Shown: positions 23,052 to 34,772, counted from the first letter of the stretch. The stretch is 64,000 bases of DNA from Cyanophyceae cyanobacterium (GCA_038321985.1 JBBQFN010000017.1:32001-96000), one strand, 5' to 3'. Translations and numbers: made by a program. Notes: a model not told the origin generated them from the sequence alone.

Positions 23052-23582
23052 CTAGCGATTGGGATACCAAAACATTCCTTTTATGCCCTCGGGATCCGAC
23101 ATAAATCCCAAGGTTCGGTAGAACTCAACCACATGAGGATCCGCAAACAAGGTGATATTGCTGATATCCTCACTCCGCAGACGCTTGATCGTGTAATTCA
23201 TCAGCGCCTTGCCTAACCCTTTCCCCTGGTATTCGGGATGAACCACGACATCCCAGATTGTGGCATTAAAAGCATGGTCGGAGGTGGCGCGAGAAAAGCC
23301 GATCAACCGACGGGTTTTCCCGCGCATTTCCCACATTGAAACCACTAGAAAACTATATTGAATTGCTTTTTTAACCTTACGCAGAGGGCGACGAGACCAG
23401 CCCACTGCATCACAGAGTTCTTCAAGTTCGTAAAGGTCGATATCTCGATCCGTACTGAAATAAACCCGAGGACTGCTACCGGGGCGATCGCTAATCCCGG
23501 CAGATTGATAACCCTCGATTTGCGCTCCGATCGGCGCAGAAGACGTATCAGAACCGCTAAATAAATTTTTCCAAAAACCCAT
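23052..23582 (-). CDS. GNAT N-acetyltransferase, Ycf52-like
   Basis: [23 protein letters not shown] (motif A); [18 protein letters not shown]. Confidence 0.88.
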   Translation of the reverse strand: MGFWKNLFSGSDTSSAPIGAQIEGYQSAGISDRPGSSPRVYFSTDRDIDLYELEELCDAVGWSRRPLRKVKKAIQYSFLVVSMWEMRGKTRRLIGFSRATSDHAFNATIWDVVVHPEYQGKGLGKALMNYTIKRLRSEDISNITLFADPHVVEFYRTLGFMSDPEGIKGMFWYPNR

Positions 23583-24304
23583 GAAGGTTTGGTTAGGGTA
23601 GTAAAACGGGGTGGACAAGCGCTATCCCCAACCGAGGATAAGCAGGGGTTAACAAGATTATGATCGACTTAAAAAAGGCCGATCGCCGCGTTCAACAAAC
23701 GGAAAATGCTGCCGGATAATGCAACTGAGTGGTTGACCCGTCTACGATTGTACCGTGGCAAGGGCGACTTACTCCCAATCCCACCTCAGATGCTCGCCCT
23801 GTAACGAAATAGTCGTGATCGAATCGTTGTGAATCCGCTAGCGCGATCGCCCTGGGGCTGGAGCCATCAGCCAGAGGCCATCGCAATCCCCCAGGGCGAT
23901 CGGCTTAGTGTCGCCCATGATGGCATTATGATTAATATAGCAACCTACCTCAGCCGAGTTGATGCACCCGCGTCTTTGATAGGCCCCAGATTGCAGTCGG
24001 GGTCTGATGCGACCCTGTACACCCCATTTGTCAGGACTAGCCGAGGGTCAACCCCTCCCCCTAGAGTAGCCTCGGCTTGAACCCGTCAAAAGGCCTCCCT
24101 TGGGTTGGAAAGATGCTTCTTTGCATTATCGTTGCGAGTCGTGCAGTTGCTCGTCCCGCACGGTATGACAGTTACAGCCTGGGTTGAAAAGGACGAAACT
24201 TTAATAGCTTTCGCCATCCGATAATCGTTCTATCGTAAAAACCCCGGGCTGCTGTCTTCCTTTGTGTTTTTGACAGGAGCAAGCGAGTTCTCCCACTCCC
24301 CAAT

Positions 24305-25030
24305 ATGGCACCGGGTTTAAAATCATCGACTATGGACCTGCTCAAACGCTTCAACCGAGCGTTTCCGCAGTTCTACGAACAATTTGTCAGCAGTGAAATT
24401 CAGCTCCAAAACCTCAAGTTAGCCTACCAGCTTTACCGAACTAAACAAGCGGTAATTGAACTCAGACCCGAAGGGACCAAAAGTGCGCTGCATTTTGCGT
24501 ACCGCAATCAATCCTTTCTGCTGAGCGATATTTTTGGGGTTCTGGCTGCCTACGGACTCACGATCCACAGTCTGAGTCTTTACGGCCAAATTTATCCACC
24601 GATGTTGGTGTTTATCAAGTTGGTGGTGTCTCGCGGCGGTAAAGCACTCACAGATAAGACCGCAGAAAATGTGTGTCGGGCGGTTCGTGAAGCCCTAGCG
24701 GGTCACTTTGAAGTAGAAGAAATGCTGGCGGTGGAATTCAATCTCGATGCCGGTTTAGAGGACGTGGAAACTGAGTTCTACGTCGATCCAGTTTTCCATC
24801 TTCCGGCCCTTCTGATTGAAGCCGATAACCAGCCGGGATTGTTCTATAAAGTGATGTACGCCATCTGGCAAGAGGATTTACTGGTCGTCAATGCGAACTT
24901 ACTGGTTTGGCGAGGACGAACCCGCCTGATTCTTTATTTACTAGGACCTAATGAAAGCCTGATTCCGGAATACCTCGGACAAAAAATTGCCGAAGGGGTG
25001 CGCCAGCGATTGCTCGGGAGGCGTTTTTAA
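24305..25030 (+). CDS. Conserved hypothetical protein with tandem ACT-like domains
   Basis: RNQSFLLSDIFGVLAAYGLTIHS and ADNQPGLFYKVMYAIWQEDLLVVNANL resemble ACT folds. Confidence 0.65.
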   Translation: MAPGLKSSTMDLLKRFNRAFPQFYEQFVSSEIQLQNLKLAYQLYRTKQAVIELRPEGTKSALHFAYRNQSFLLSDIFGVLAAYGLTIHSLSLYGQIYPPMLVFIKLVVSRGGKALTDKTAENVCRAVREALAGHFEVEEMLAVEFNLDAGLEDVETEFYVDPVFHLPALLIEADNQPGLFYKVMYAIWQEDLLVVNANLLVWRGRTRLILYLLGPNESLIPEYLGQKIAEGVRQRLLGRRF

Positions 25031-25232
25031 GCGGCAGCTCTAGCCCTCCCCCAGTCTATGAGACCTTGAGCCTTAATACTCAAGGGTTCGATTCAAGATT
25101 GAAGGAGGCTCCTTTGTCCCCCGTTATCCCGACGGTCCCCTTGGACCTTCTGTGTCGATCGCTGGCTTCTCCCACCCGGTGCGATCGCCTAAGTGATTGG
25201 ATTCAGACGACTTCTTCGCTCTTGATAACAAC

Positions 25233-26090
25233 ATGGAAACGATAGACATTCTGGGGGTCCCTCATGCTTATGAACTTACCGATCCCAGCCCCTCTCCCCA
25301 TGTTCTAGTTTTTATCCACGGTTGGCTCCTCAGTCGCCGCTATTGGCAACCCCTGATCGATCGCCTATCAGTCGATTATCAGTGCCTCTGTTATGACTTA
25401 CGTGGATTTGGGGATTCTCAACCCTATTCCCACCCGAAATCTCAGGTTCATAGGGGTTACACTCCCAGCGCCTATGCCCAAGACTTGGAAGTATTACTCG
25501 ACAAACTAAATATCTCTAGCGCGTGGCTGATCGGTCACTCCCTCGGCGGCAGTATCGCCCTGTGGGGGGCTTCTCAACTCCCCTCCAAGGTAAAAGGGGC
25601 GCTCTGCGTCAATTCGGGAGGGGGCATTTATATTAAAGAAGAATTTGAACGCTTTCGTTCGGCGGGACAGGTTTTTGTAAAAATGCGCCCCCGTTGGCTA
25701 GGCCACCTACCGGGCATTGATTGGTTATTTACCCGCGATAGTGTGGCCCGCCCCCTCCCTCGCCATTGGGCAAAGCAACGCCTGCTGGACTTCGTAATCG
25801 CTCACCCCGAGGCGGCTTTAGGAGCGTTGCTCGATTCGACTACGGAAGTAGAGGTGCATCAGCTTCCTCAGTTAGTCTCCCAGCTTACCCAGCCGGTTTA
25901 TTTCATCGCTGGCACCAAGGACAAGGTGATGGAACCGAAGTATGTTCGGCATTTAGCCAGTTTTCATGCCCTATTTGCAGGGGAGGGTATGAATGTGATT
26001 GAAATTCCCGAATGCGGTCACTTATCAATGGTGGAACAACCGGATCGGGTGGCGACTGAAATTCGCCAGATTCTCAGCAATCATGGTTAG
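25233..26090 (+). CDS. Alpha/beta hydrolase
   Basis: FIHGW, YDLRGFGDS, GHSLGG nucleophile elbow, CGHLSMVEQP. Confidence 0.9.
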   Translation: METIDILGVPHAYELTDPSPSPHVLVFIHGWLLSRRYWQPLIDRLSVDYQCLCYDLRGFGDSQPYSHPKSQVHRGYTPSAYAQDLEVLLDKLNISSAWLIGHSLGGSIALWGASQLPSKVKGALCVNSGGGIYIKEEFERFRSAGQVFVKMRPRWLGHLPGIDWLFTRDSVARPLPRHWAKQRLLDFVIAHPEAALGALLDSTTEVEVHQLPQLVSQLTQPVYFIAGTKDKVMEPKYVRHLASFHALFAGEGMNVIEIPECGHLSMVEQPDRVATEIRQILSNHG

Positions 26091-26136
26091 GGGTGCCAAC
26101 CAACGGGGATGGTGACCCCCGTCGGTTTCTGGCAAT

Positions 26137-27177
26137 TTAATAATAAAGCTGGTTAGCGTCGGTTAAGGCCATCCGAGATTGAGCACCCAGGGTGAGGGGG
26201 CTGTGGTTGCCTCGGTTGAGGCGATCGGCAGCAGCACAGGCAATCATGGCGGCGTTGTCGGTGCAGTATTTTAAGGGGGGAAATAGCACTCGCAGGTTGT
26301 AAGCGGAGGCATCGGCAAGAAGCCGTTGCCGTAGGGCGCTATTAGCGGCGACTCCCCCCCCGACGACGATGGTATCCCGACTGCGATCGCGGGCGCAGGC
26401 GATAGCTCTTTTACTTAAGGCTCTAGCCACCGTATCCTGAAAACTGGCTGCAATATCTTTAACCGGGAGTTCCTCCCCGGTCGCTTTGAGTTTTTCCACC
26501 AAGCGCAGCACAGCAGTTTTTAATCCGCTAAAACTGGTGTCATAAGGATGATATCCCCCTTCAGGTCTGGAAATTTTCCCCTCGGGTAGCTTAAAAGCCT
26601 GGGCATTCCCTTCTTTAGCAAGGCGATCGATGATTGGCCCTCCCGGGTAACCCAGCTTTAACAGTCGCGCCACTTTATCAAAGGCTTCTCCTGCGGCATC
26701 ATCCCGAGTTTGTCCCAGGGTTTCATAAATGCCGCAATCTTGGACATCAATCAAGCTGGTGTGACCTCCGGAGACTAACAGGCAAATAAAGGGGGGTTCT
26801 AAGGTCGGTTCACTGAGGTAGGAGGCGTAGAGATGCCCTTCTAGGTGATGAATGCCTAGAAAGGGCTTTTGGTGCAGCATGGCGAGGGTTTTACCGGCGG
26901 TTAAGCCCACCAAGAGAGCACCGACGAGACCCGGTGCACAGGTGGCGGCGATGCCGTCAATGTCGGACCAATTGAGCTGGGCTTCTTCTAGGGCTTGGGC
27001 GATCGCCCCATCAATCACCTCTAAATGAGAGCGAGAGGCCACTTCCGGAACGACTCCCCCATACTGCTGATGGACAGCAATTTGAGAAGAAACAACGTTA
27101 CTCTTTACTTCACGATTCTTTACAATTGCTACCGCAGTTTCGTCACAACTTGTTTCAATTGCTAAAACGGTTGCCAT
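26137..27177 (-). CDS. tsaD: tRNA threonylcarbamoyltransferase TsaD
   Basis: [41 protein letters not shown]. Confidence 0.97.
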   Translation of the reverse strand: MATVLAIETSCDETAVAIVKNREVKSNVVSSQIAVHQQYGGVVPEVASRSHLEVIDGAIAQALEEAQLNWSDIDGIAATCAPGLVGALLVGLTAGKTLAMLHQKPFLGIHHLEGHLYASYLSEPTLEPPFICLLVSGGHTSLIDVQDCGIYETLGQTRDDAAGEAFDKVARLLKLGYPGGPIIDRLAKEGNAQAFKLPEGKISRPEGGYHPYDTSFSGLKTAVLRLVEKLKATGEELPVKDIAASFQDTVARALSKRAIACARDRSRDTIVVGGGVAANSALRQRLLADASAYNLRVLFPPLKYCTDNAAMIACAAADRLNRGNHSPLTLGAQSRMALTDANQLYY

Positions 27178-27465
27178 TGGTTGATAATTTTTGAAGTGAT
27201 GGGTTAGCTATTAGCTAGCTTAATCTTTACGAGGTTGTCTTAGCAGAGTATGATTTTCTGGAAGTTCCCAGAACTCGTCTGCTCTTACCCAATTCAGTTT
27301 GATCAGTGGCGATCGCCCTTATGTACTGGGGAGAATGACTTTAACCCGTCCTTCTGCCACAGACTGAGAAAAAGACCGCACAGATCGATAAACTAGATCC
27401 GGTAACAAAGCAGCCTCCGGTTTTGTTAACAATCTTGATGTTTCGTAACAAAAGGAAACAATTCT

Positions 27466-27954
27466 ATGGGACGATTGTTCGCGTTAGTTCTGACGATTTG
27501 CCTTTGGTTCAGCTTTGCCCCTGCTGCATCTGCTGACTTATACCAAAACCTCACTCCTTGCAGTGATACTCCGGCATTCGTCCAAAAGGCTAAGAATTCT
27601 ATTGCTAAAAACCCAGGCGCAAAAGCTCGGTTTGAAAAATATTCCAGCTTGTTATGTGGACCCGAAGGTTATCCTCATTTAATTGTGGATGGCAACTTGG
27701 CTCACGTTAATGAGTTTGGAATTCCCAGCCTGCTGTTTCTGTATATTGCAGGATGGATCGGCTGGGCTGGTCGTTCCTATATAATTGCCGCCCGTGACAG
27801 CGGCAAAGCTGAAGAAAAAGAAATTATCATTGACATTCCTTTGGCAATCAAATGTTCTCTGAGCAGTGCCGCTTGGCCCTTGGCCGCTTTGGGAGAATTT
27901 ACCACGGGTAAATTAACGGCCAAAAATAACGAGATTACTGTCTCACCCCGTTAG
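27466..27954 (+). CDS. psaF: Photosystem I subunit III
   Basis: [40 protein letters not shown] end. Confidence 0.96.
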   Translation: MGRLFALVLTICLWFSFAPAASADLYQNLTPCSDTPAFVQKAKNSIAKNPGAKARFEKYSSLLCGPEGYPHLIVDGNLAHVNEFGIPSLLFLYIAGWIGWAGRSYIIAARDSGKAEEKEIIIDIPLAIKCSLSSAAWPLAALGEFTTGKLTAKNNEITVSPR

Positions 27955-28047
27955 AAAAGTTCAGTTGCCAAGATTTTAGATTTTAGAGGAATAACCTAAA
28001 ATCTAAAATCTACATATTAACCCCTGTTGAATTTAGGAGAAGCGTTC

Positions 28048-28173
28048 ATGGATTCTTTCGTTAAGTATCTGTCGCTCGGACCAGTGGTCTTAATCGTATG
28101 GTTGTCGTTGACGGCAACTCTCTTGATTGTCGCTAACAAGATCTATCCTGATGCCTTGGTTCCCCCTTTCTAA
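28048..28173 (+). CDS. psaJ: Photosystem I subunit IX (41 aa; not in ORF track)
   Basis: [49 protein letters not shown]; directly after psaF. Confidence 0.88.
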   Translation: MDSFVKYLSLGPVVLIVWLSLTATLLIVANKIYPDALVPPF

Positions 28174-28224
28174 GGGAGGCTAAAGACTTATCATTACCGG
28201 CAAACTGAGTCCGGCTTCAGTTTA

Positions 28225-28270
28225 AAAAAGCAGTGGCCTCTATTGAAATCAATAGAAGCCACTGCTTTTT
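28225..28270. terminator. Bidirectional intrinsic terminator after psaJ
   Basis: aaaaagcagtggc-tctattg...caataga-gccactgcttttt. Confidence 0.75.
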
Positions 28271-28543
28271 GATTAAGACTCTAGCTTCCCGGCTAAAAAC
28301 CCAATCTTTCGCGTTCAAATTCCCCCGAACCAGGGCGGGTATAAAAAAGATTAGAGCGCGTCTCAATCCGACAAATCTTCAATAGTTAAGAAGTGCTTTC
28401 GCCCCCGCATCACCGGAGTGAGAGCTTCTAATTTTCTATTGGGGTCAGGGAGCTAGAAGCTCTCACGTCTTGAAGAATTATCTCTTTGATTTAAACAGGC
28501 TATAGAGGCAAGAGGTTGATTAGAGGCGATCGCAATTAGGTAC

Positions 28544-29104
28544 TTAAGAAACCGGCGCAAACAACGCCGCCTCGATCGCCTCTAATGCCAGGTCAAAATT
28601 ATCATTAACAATGGCAATATCAAATTCACCCGCTGCGGCAATTTCCTCTTGAGCGCGAAGCAGACGACGGGCGATCGCCTCCTCGGAATCTTGAGCGCGA
28701 TCGCGAATTCGCCGTTCCAACTCCTCCGGTGACGGCGGTAAAATAAACAATTGCAGCGCCCCAGGAAAGGTTTCTCGAACTTGTCTGGCCCCTTCTAACT
28801 CAATTTCCAGCACCACTAACTTCCCTCCTGCGATCAGGGCTTCCACCGGGGTTCTAGGAGTCCCATAAAAATTGCCTGCAAACTCAGCCCATTCCAACAG
28901 TTGACCCGTTACAATCAGCTCTTGAAATTGCTCCCGGTTCACAAAATAATAATGTCGCCCCTCAATTTCTCCCTCCCGGGGAGTACGAGTAGTCACGGAT
29001 ATGGACAACTCCAATTGTGGGTGACGTGCCAACAGCGATCGTAGCAACGTTCCCTTCCCCACACCACTCGGACCTGTAAACACTATTAATTGACCCATCT
29101 GCAT
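28544..29104 (-). CDS. gmk: Guanylate kinase
   Basis: GPSGVGKGT, SVTTRTPREGE, YGTP. Confidence 0.96.
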   Translation of the reverse strand: MQMGQLIVFTGPSGVGKGTLLRSLLARHPQLELSISVTTRTPREGEIEGRHYYFVNREQFQELIVTGQLLEWAEFAGNFYGTPRTPVEALIAGGKLVVLEIELEGARQVRETFPGALQLFILPPSPEELERRIRDRAQDSEEAIARRLLRAQEEIAAAGEFDIAIVNDNFDLALEAIEAALFAPVS

Positions 29105-29226
29105 AACTTCCCTAACAACTTGCTTGCCCAAAAAATTGCCCAGTCCCCTAAGCCCAGGGTAACCGACCGTTAAGTTACCAAAGCGCTTACCCATTCAGAA
29201 CACCGTCAATCCTTGCCCTAATTTGC

Positions 29227-29478
29227 TTAACTATCTTTGCTGGTAACGAACCGATTGGCAACCGTCTCCGGCTGAATTGAGGATAGAATGACATGGCTCG
29301 AATCCATAATAATCACCGCCCGAGTACGCCGTCCGTAGGTCGCATCAATCAGCCGATTCCCCTCCCGTGCCTCGCTGACAATCCGCTTGATGGGAGCTGA
29401 TTCCGGACTGACAATGGCAACAACTCGATTCGCACAAATGATATTGCCAAACCCGATATTAATAAGCTGAATATCCAT
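29227..29478 (-). CDS. remA: RemA/DUF370 family regulator
   Basis: [29 protein letters not shown]; upstream of gmk. Confidence 0.9.
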   Translation of the reverse strand: MDIQLINIGFGNIICANRVVAIVSPESAPIKRIVSEAREGNRLIDATYGRRTRAVIIMDSSHVILSSIQPETVANRFVTSKDS

Positions 29479-29895
29479 AAATAGGAAAGTCCTAGGGACG
29501 TAAAAAGTTTTTTTCTCAGATCATTTTGAACAATACAACCGGGAGAAGCCACGAGTTCTCGTTAGGGCGGACTCCGTAGAGGATTAGGTGGGGTCTCCAT
29601 CCAGAATTAAAGTGCAGGAAATGATACCCTAAATAGGGGCAGGGTCAGGATTCCCTGTTGCCCTCCCTCAAAGCCCTGGCTTTCAATCGGGTTAAGATTC
29701 ATGACTGATTCAAGACTCCTGCTTCGTTGACCCCGACTGCACTCTAATTTCCATAGTATCTACAAAAATTTGGGCCAACCCAACAACAGGCTTCACTTGC
29801 GGCGGTAATCAATGGATTTTTAAGGGGTTTGAGGTGCTTTTTCAGCTTTTGATGACTTTTTTTGTAAATTTACGGCTATTTTTGGACCATTTGCG

Positions 29896-31647
29896 ATGCA
29901 ACCTGTTGACTTAACGACCCTCATCGCTACCTATTGCGAGTTGCGAACCAGTTGGTTACCCGCACGACTCGAACAAGTTTATCAGCGCGATCGCCATACC
30001 ATTTTTTTAGCCCTACGAACCCTCACCGGGCGCGGATGGTTGGCGGTTTCCTGGCATCCCACCGCTGCCCGGTTGCATCTGAGTGACCCTCCTCCACGCA
30101 AGCCGGATACCTTCACCTTTAGCGACCAACTGCGCCATCAACTGGGGGGTTTAGCATTTGTGGCGATCGCCCCCGTCTCCCCTTGGGAACGCGCCCTTGA
30201 CCTCCAATTTGCCAAACGTCCGGGAGATCCGGTACTCTGGCATTTATATATAGAAATCATGGGCAAACGCAGTAACGCCATCCTCGCCAACGCTGACAAC
30301 CAAATTGTCACGGCTGCCCATCAGGTGAGTGAAAAGCAATCTAGCATCCGCCCCATCCTCACCGGCGCACCCTACGCCCTTCCGCCGGCCCTAATGGACC
30401 CCATCCCCAGTCTCAGCGAAACCCAATCTCGCTGGCAAGAACGGATTGCCCTGATTCCTGACGCCTTGGGACGGCAAATGCTTAAAAGTTATCAGGGTCT
30501 GAGTTCCCATCTGGTGAAAGCGGCGATCGCCTCTGCCGGACTCGACTTTGAACAATCCACCCACAGTCTGAGCCCAGAGGACTGGAACCGCCTCTTTGAC
30601 TCCTGGCAACAGTGGCTAAAATTTCTCCAAACCTGTCAAACTGGCGATTTATCCGCAATTTATCCCCATTGGACTGATACCGGATATCAAGTCATCAACT
30701 GGAATCACAACCCAGAACCTCCCGATTTCAAGTCTGTTCAAGACTTATTAAATCGCTACTATACGGACGAACTGAATCAGTTTGACTTTAAGCAACTGCG
30801 CCATCAACTCAGTCAAAAACTCGCTAATCTGCTGAATAAATTACGGTTCAAAGGACAGGGATTTGAAAACCGCTTGCAAGAATCTTCCGAAGCAGATGAA
30901 TATCGGGCAAAAGCGGATTTATTGATGGCAAACCTCCAGGAGTGGCAACCGGGGATGAAGGCGATCGCCCTTCCCGACTTTGAAACCGGCAAACCCGTCA
31001 CCATTCCCCTGGAGTTAGAAAAAAATGCCGTCCAAAATGCCCAATCCCTCTACAAACGCCACCAAAAACTCAAACGGGCGCGGGGTGCTGTAGAACCCTT
31101 ACTCGCCGCAGTCCGCCAGGAAATCGACTACTTAGAACAAATCGAAGTCGCCATTTCCCAAATCGACGACTACCGCGAACCAGCAGATTTACAAGCATTG
31201 GCTGAAATTCGCGAAGAGTTTATCCAGCAGGGATATCTCACCGACCCCGACTACAAGCGTCAAAACCAAGAATCTACCCCAGAGTTTTACCGCTTTGTCT
31301 CTCCCAGTGGCTTTGAACTGCTGATCGGGCGGAACAATCGCCAGAATGATGTGTTGAGTTTTCGGGTGGCGACGGATTATGACTTGTGGTTCCACACCCA
31401 GGAAATTGCCGGGAGTCATGGGTTGTTGCGCTTACCCCCGGGTTCTGTTGCTGATGAACCGGATTTACAATTTGCAGCGGACTTAACCGCTTACTATAGT
31501 CGCGCCCGTCACAGTGAGCAAGTCCCGGTGGTGTACACGGAACCGAAAAATGTTTATAAACCCAAGGGTGCAAAACCCGGAATGGTTATCTATAAACATG
31601 AGCGCATTATCTGGGGCTGTCCTCAGCATTTTACCCCTCCGGGTTAA
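29896..31647 (+). CDS. rqcH: NFACT/RqcH (FbpA) ribosome quality-control protein
   Basis: IEIMGKRSN, NAQSLYKRHQKLKR, IGRNNRQND, WFHTQEIAGSH, KPKGAKPGMV. Confidence 0.88.
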   Translation: MQPVDLTTLIATYCELRTSWLPARLEQVYQRDRHTIFLALRTLTGRGWLAVSWHPTAARLHLSDPPPRKPDTFTFSDQLRHQLGGLAFVAIAPVSPWERALDLQFAKRPGDPVLWHLYIEIMGKRSNAILANADNQIVTAAHQVSEKQSSIRPILTGAPYALPPALMDPIPSLSETQSRWQERIALIPDALGRQMLKSYQGLSSHLVKAAIASAGLDFEQSTHSLSPEDWNRLFDSWQQWLKFLQTCQTGDLSAIYPHWTDTGYQVINWNHNPEPPDFKSVQDLLNRYYTDELNQFDFKQLRHQLSQKLANLLNKLRFKGQGFENRLQESSEADEYRAKADLLMANLQEWQPGMKAIALPDFETGKPVTIPLELEKNAVQNAQSLYKRHQKLKRARGAVEPLLAAVRQEIDYLEQIEVAISQIDDYREPADLQALAEIREEFIQQGYLTDPDYKRQNQESTPEFYRFVSPSGFELLIGRNNRQNDVLSFRVATDYDLWFHTQEIAGSHGLLRLPPGSVADEPDLQFAADLTAYYSRARHSEQVPVVYTEPKNVYKPKGAKPGMVIYKHERIIWGCPQHFTPPG

Positions 31648-31959
31648 TGTTTGATTATTGAAGTCAGTCGATTGAATAGAATTTACTGACCTATAGGGGA
31701 ATTTACGAAAGGAAGCGATCGTGTCTTCTGCTACAATACCGCTTGAGGAAAAGATTTAAGAATCCATCGCCCGCCGGTCTCACGGTTGGGAACGCGCAGT
31801 GAGGATTTCCTCGAAAAGAAACGACAACGCAAAGGGTATTTTTTATGGTGACCAGCAAGAATTCTTGCTGGTCTTTTTTTTATTTCTAGGCAGAAACCGG
31901 GTTTAGAGCCACCCACTTAGAGTCAGAAACCCGGGTGTCTTTCACAAATCTGTGCCAAG

Positions 31960-32102
31960 GTGATTGACAATTGCGCTTGTTCCGGATGATTACGGGGGGT
32001 AAACATATCCACCTTCCATTCCTGTTTGGCAAGGGCCAAGCCGACTTGGAGGACGTAAACGTTTTGGCCTCCAGGCTCTTCCTTACCGATTTCTGCGGCG
32101 GG
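31960..32102 (-). pseudogene. N-terminal fragment of a GT4 (sucrose-phosphate synthase/MshA-like) glycosyltransferase
   Basis: Manual translation PAAEIGKEEPGGQNVYVLQVGLALAKQEWKVDMFTPRNHPEQAQ; no start codon, frame lost afterwards. Confidence 0.75.
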
Positions 32103-32601
32103 TTGGTTTTATAAGATAGGCCTGCTTGCTCCGGTAATTAAACCGGATGATGCGAATCCTCCACTAAATTAGGCTGACTTATTGGAACTGAACGTAATAT
32201 AACCTATTCCTTCTGAAACGTTCCATACGCCGAAAAGTAGATTTTAATGGGACCCACAGCCCCCAAATACACCTATCTAAGGATATAATTTTTTGCCTAT
32301 CTCAAGATAGAAATTAGGGGTCGGACGGGCAAAATGCTCTAGAGAGGGTTTCGGTACGGGGAATACTCCGGGGTCCCTGAGAGTTCGGGAAAGGGGGCCG
32401 ATTGCGGAGGTGATCGAACGGTTGCAGGCGGGTGGAGAACGGTTTAATTATACAGGGGAGGTTGATAGCCCCTAAATACTGTAGCAACAATTCGAGCAAC
32501 TTTATCCGGGGAGGATGCCCTGCAAATTGCGATCGCTCAAATTTGTGTAGAAGTCACGGGATATGATATATTAATTGATCGTGCTGAATTAATGGAAATC
32601 C

Positions 32602-32799
32602 ATGCCTAAACTGAAAACCCGAAAGGCTGCTGCCAAGCGCTTTCGAGCCACTGGCAGTGGTAAGATCAAGCGTCGGAAAGCCTACAAAAGCCACCTACTC
32701 GAACACAAATCTGCCGCTCGCAGAAATCGCTTGTCCAAGAGCGCCCTTGTTAGCGAGCAGGATGAAAAAAACGTGCATTTAATGATGCCGTATTTGTAA
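32602..32799 (+). CDS. rpmI: 50S ribosomal protein L35
   Basis: [21 protein letters not shown]. Confidence 0.97.
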   Translation: MPKLKTRKAAAKRFRATGSGKIKRRKAYKSHLLEHKSAARRNRLSKSALVSEQDEKNVHLMMPYL

Positions 32800-32967
32800 G
32801 AAGAGTAAAGTTTGATTTGTAGCGACAGAAGTCAAGGGAGTTCAGACCTACCCAGGTTTAGAATAAACTCTGACTTCTTAGCCCGGTAGCTAGAGTGGGA
32901 AAACCCCCTCTCAAATCGAGCGAGTTTCGCAGTGTTCAGATTTGTAAACTATCAAGGAAAGTAACCA

Positions 32968-33324
32968 ATGACACGGGTAAAACGCGGGAACGTTGCGCGC
33001 AAACGCCGCAATAAGATCCTGAAAATGGCGAAGGGATTTCGGGGTTCGCACTCGAAACTTTTCCGGACAGCTAATCAGCAGGTCATGAAAGCCCTGCGCA
33101 ATTCCTACCGCGATCGCCGCAACCGTAAGCGGGACTTCCGCCGTCTGTGGATTGCCCGGATTAACGCAGCTTCCCGCCTACATGGCATGAGCTACAGTCA
33201 GTTGATTGGCAATCTCAAGAAAGCCAATATTCAGCTCAATCGTAAAATGCTGTCTCAAATGGCAATTTTAGACCCGGCTAGTTTTGCCAAAGTTGTAGAA
33301 CTGGCTTCTCAAGCCAGAGCATAA
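32968..33324 (+). CDS. rplT: 50S ribosomal protein L20
   Basis: [28 protein letters not shown]. Confidence 0.97.
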   Translation: MTRVKRGNVARKRRNKILKMAKGFRGSHSKLFRTANQQVMKALRNSYRDRRNRKRDFRRLWIARINAASRLHGMSYSQLIGNLKKANIQLNRKMLSQMAILDPASFAKVVELASQARA

Positions 33325-34155
33325 ATGATGATGCAGCCAGAAGGCAGAAGGATCAAGGGTTTTTTGCTTTTTGTTGCCTTTTGCCTTTGGCCTGGGGTCG
33401 GGGTTCTGGATGCTGCGGAATTAGAAGCGATTCAGCGGCGTGGTCAACTGATTGTGGCGGTGAAGGATAACCTACGCCCCATGGGGTTTACAGAGGGTAT
33501 TGGCACTCTGCAAGGATTTGAAATAGATATCGCGCGGCGATTAGCGGACGAGTTGCTGGGGAGTCCTGAAGCAGTGGAACTTGTCCCGGTGGAGAATCGC
33601 GATCGCCTCGCGGTGGTCATGTCGGGTCAAGTTGATCTGGCGATCGCCCAAGTTACCGCAACTGAGTCGCGATCTCGAGTCGTTTATTTTAGCCTCCCCT
33701 ACTACCTAGATGGGGCCAACATTATCACCCGAGACCCCTCAGTTCGTCAGCAGTCTGACCTACAGGGGAAAACTATTGCCGTCCTTAATTCCTCCAGTAC
33801 GATTCCCATCCTGGAGTATCGGCTTCCACAAACCCAGTTAGTGCCTGTAGAGTCCTACCAACAAGCGCGGCTGCTTCTAGAATCCGGTTCGATCAGTGCC
33901 TTCGCTGCCGATGCCAGTATTTTGACGGGATGGGTGCAGCAATATCCCGAATACCGACTGCTGCCGGTTCAGTTGTCTACCCAACCCCTAGCAGTGGTGA
34001 TGCCGAAAGGATTGCAATATGCTGCACTGCACTCCAGAGTCAATCGGGCGATCGCCCAGTGGCATCAGGAAGGCTGGTTACAAGAGCGAGCGCAATACTG
34101 GGGCTTACCCCTTGTGGAAGTCACAGACAGCCGCTACTGGAATGAGGGCCTTTAA
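33325..34155 (+). CDS. Polar amino-acid ABC transporter substrate-binding protein
   Basis: IQRRGQLIVAVK, GFEIDIAR, VYFSLPYY. Confidence 0.85.
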   Translation: MMMQPEGRRIKGFLLFVAFCLWPGVGVLDAAELEAIQRRGQLIVAVKDNLRPMGFTEGIGTLQGFEIDIARRLADELLGSPEAVELVPVENRDRLAVVMSGQVDLAIAQVTATESRSRVVYFSLPYYLDGANIITRDPSVRQQSDLQGKTIAVLNSSSTIPILEYRLPQTQLVPVESYQQARLLLESGSISAFAADASILTGWVQQYPEYRLLPVQLSTQPLAVVMPKGLQYAALHSRVNRAIAQWHQEGWLQERAQYWGLPLVEVTDSRYWNEGL

Positions 34156-34238
34156 ACTCATCACCAAGAACTCAAGATAATCAAAATAATCCAGATAATC
34201 AAGATTGCAGGGCAGTTGAATCAGTTAATTGAAACGGC

Positions 34239-34772
34239 ATGGATACCTCTCTTCCGCTTATTTACCTCTCGATTTTGCTGGGATTACTGGGAGTTGCAGC
34301 TTTTGCTGTCGTACGTCAAGTGCTCAGAACTCGCCAGATTGAACTGAACCTTTCTCGGTTGCAACAGACCCTTTCCAAAGAAAAAGGAACTGCCGAAGAC
34401 TATTATGAACTCGGTAGTATCTATTTGGATAAGCAACTTTATACCCAAGCACTCGTACAGTTCCAAAAAGCTTTAAAATGTAAAGCCCCCATTGATGAGG
34501 AAAGTAAAGCGCTCATCTACAACGCTTTGGGGTATAGCTATGCCGCCTTGGAGCAGTACGACTTAGGCATTCGTCAATATAAAGAGGCATTAAAGCTCAA
34601 TCCTGAGTATGTCATCGCCTGGAATAATTTTGCCTTTGCTTTAGATCGCAAAGGGTTAACCATGCAGGCATTGGAATCTTACGAAAAAGTCATGGAACTG
34701 GACCCGAACCATAAAACGGCGCAAAAACGGGTCGATTCCCTTCGGAAGCGACTGCCAAGCCCGACGTCATAA
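34239..34772 (+). CDS. ycf37: TPR protein, Ycf37-like (PSI assembly)
   Basis: N-terminal TM plus three TPRs (YYELGSIYL, YNALGYSY, AWNNFAFAL). Confidence 0.75.
   Translation: MDTSLPLIYLSILLGLLGVAAFAVVRQVLRTRQIELNLSRLQQTLSKEKGTAEDYYELGSIYLDKQLYTQALVQFQKALKCKAPIDEESKALIYNALGYSYAALEQYDLGIRQYKEALKLNPEYVIAWNNFAFALDRKGLTMQALESYEKVMELDPNHKTAQKRVDSLRKRLPSPTS

Noticed and set aside
24162..24174. NtcA site
   Set aside because: GTA-N7-TAC rather than the canonical GTA-N8-TAC.
32359..32368. SigJ-type GGGAATACT box
   Set aside because: Single short match upstream of ribosomal protein genes with no supporting context.
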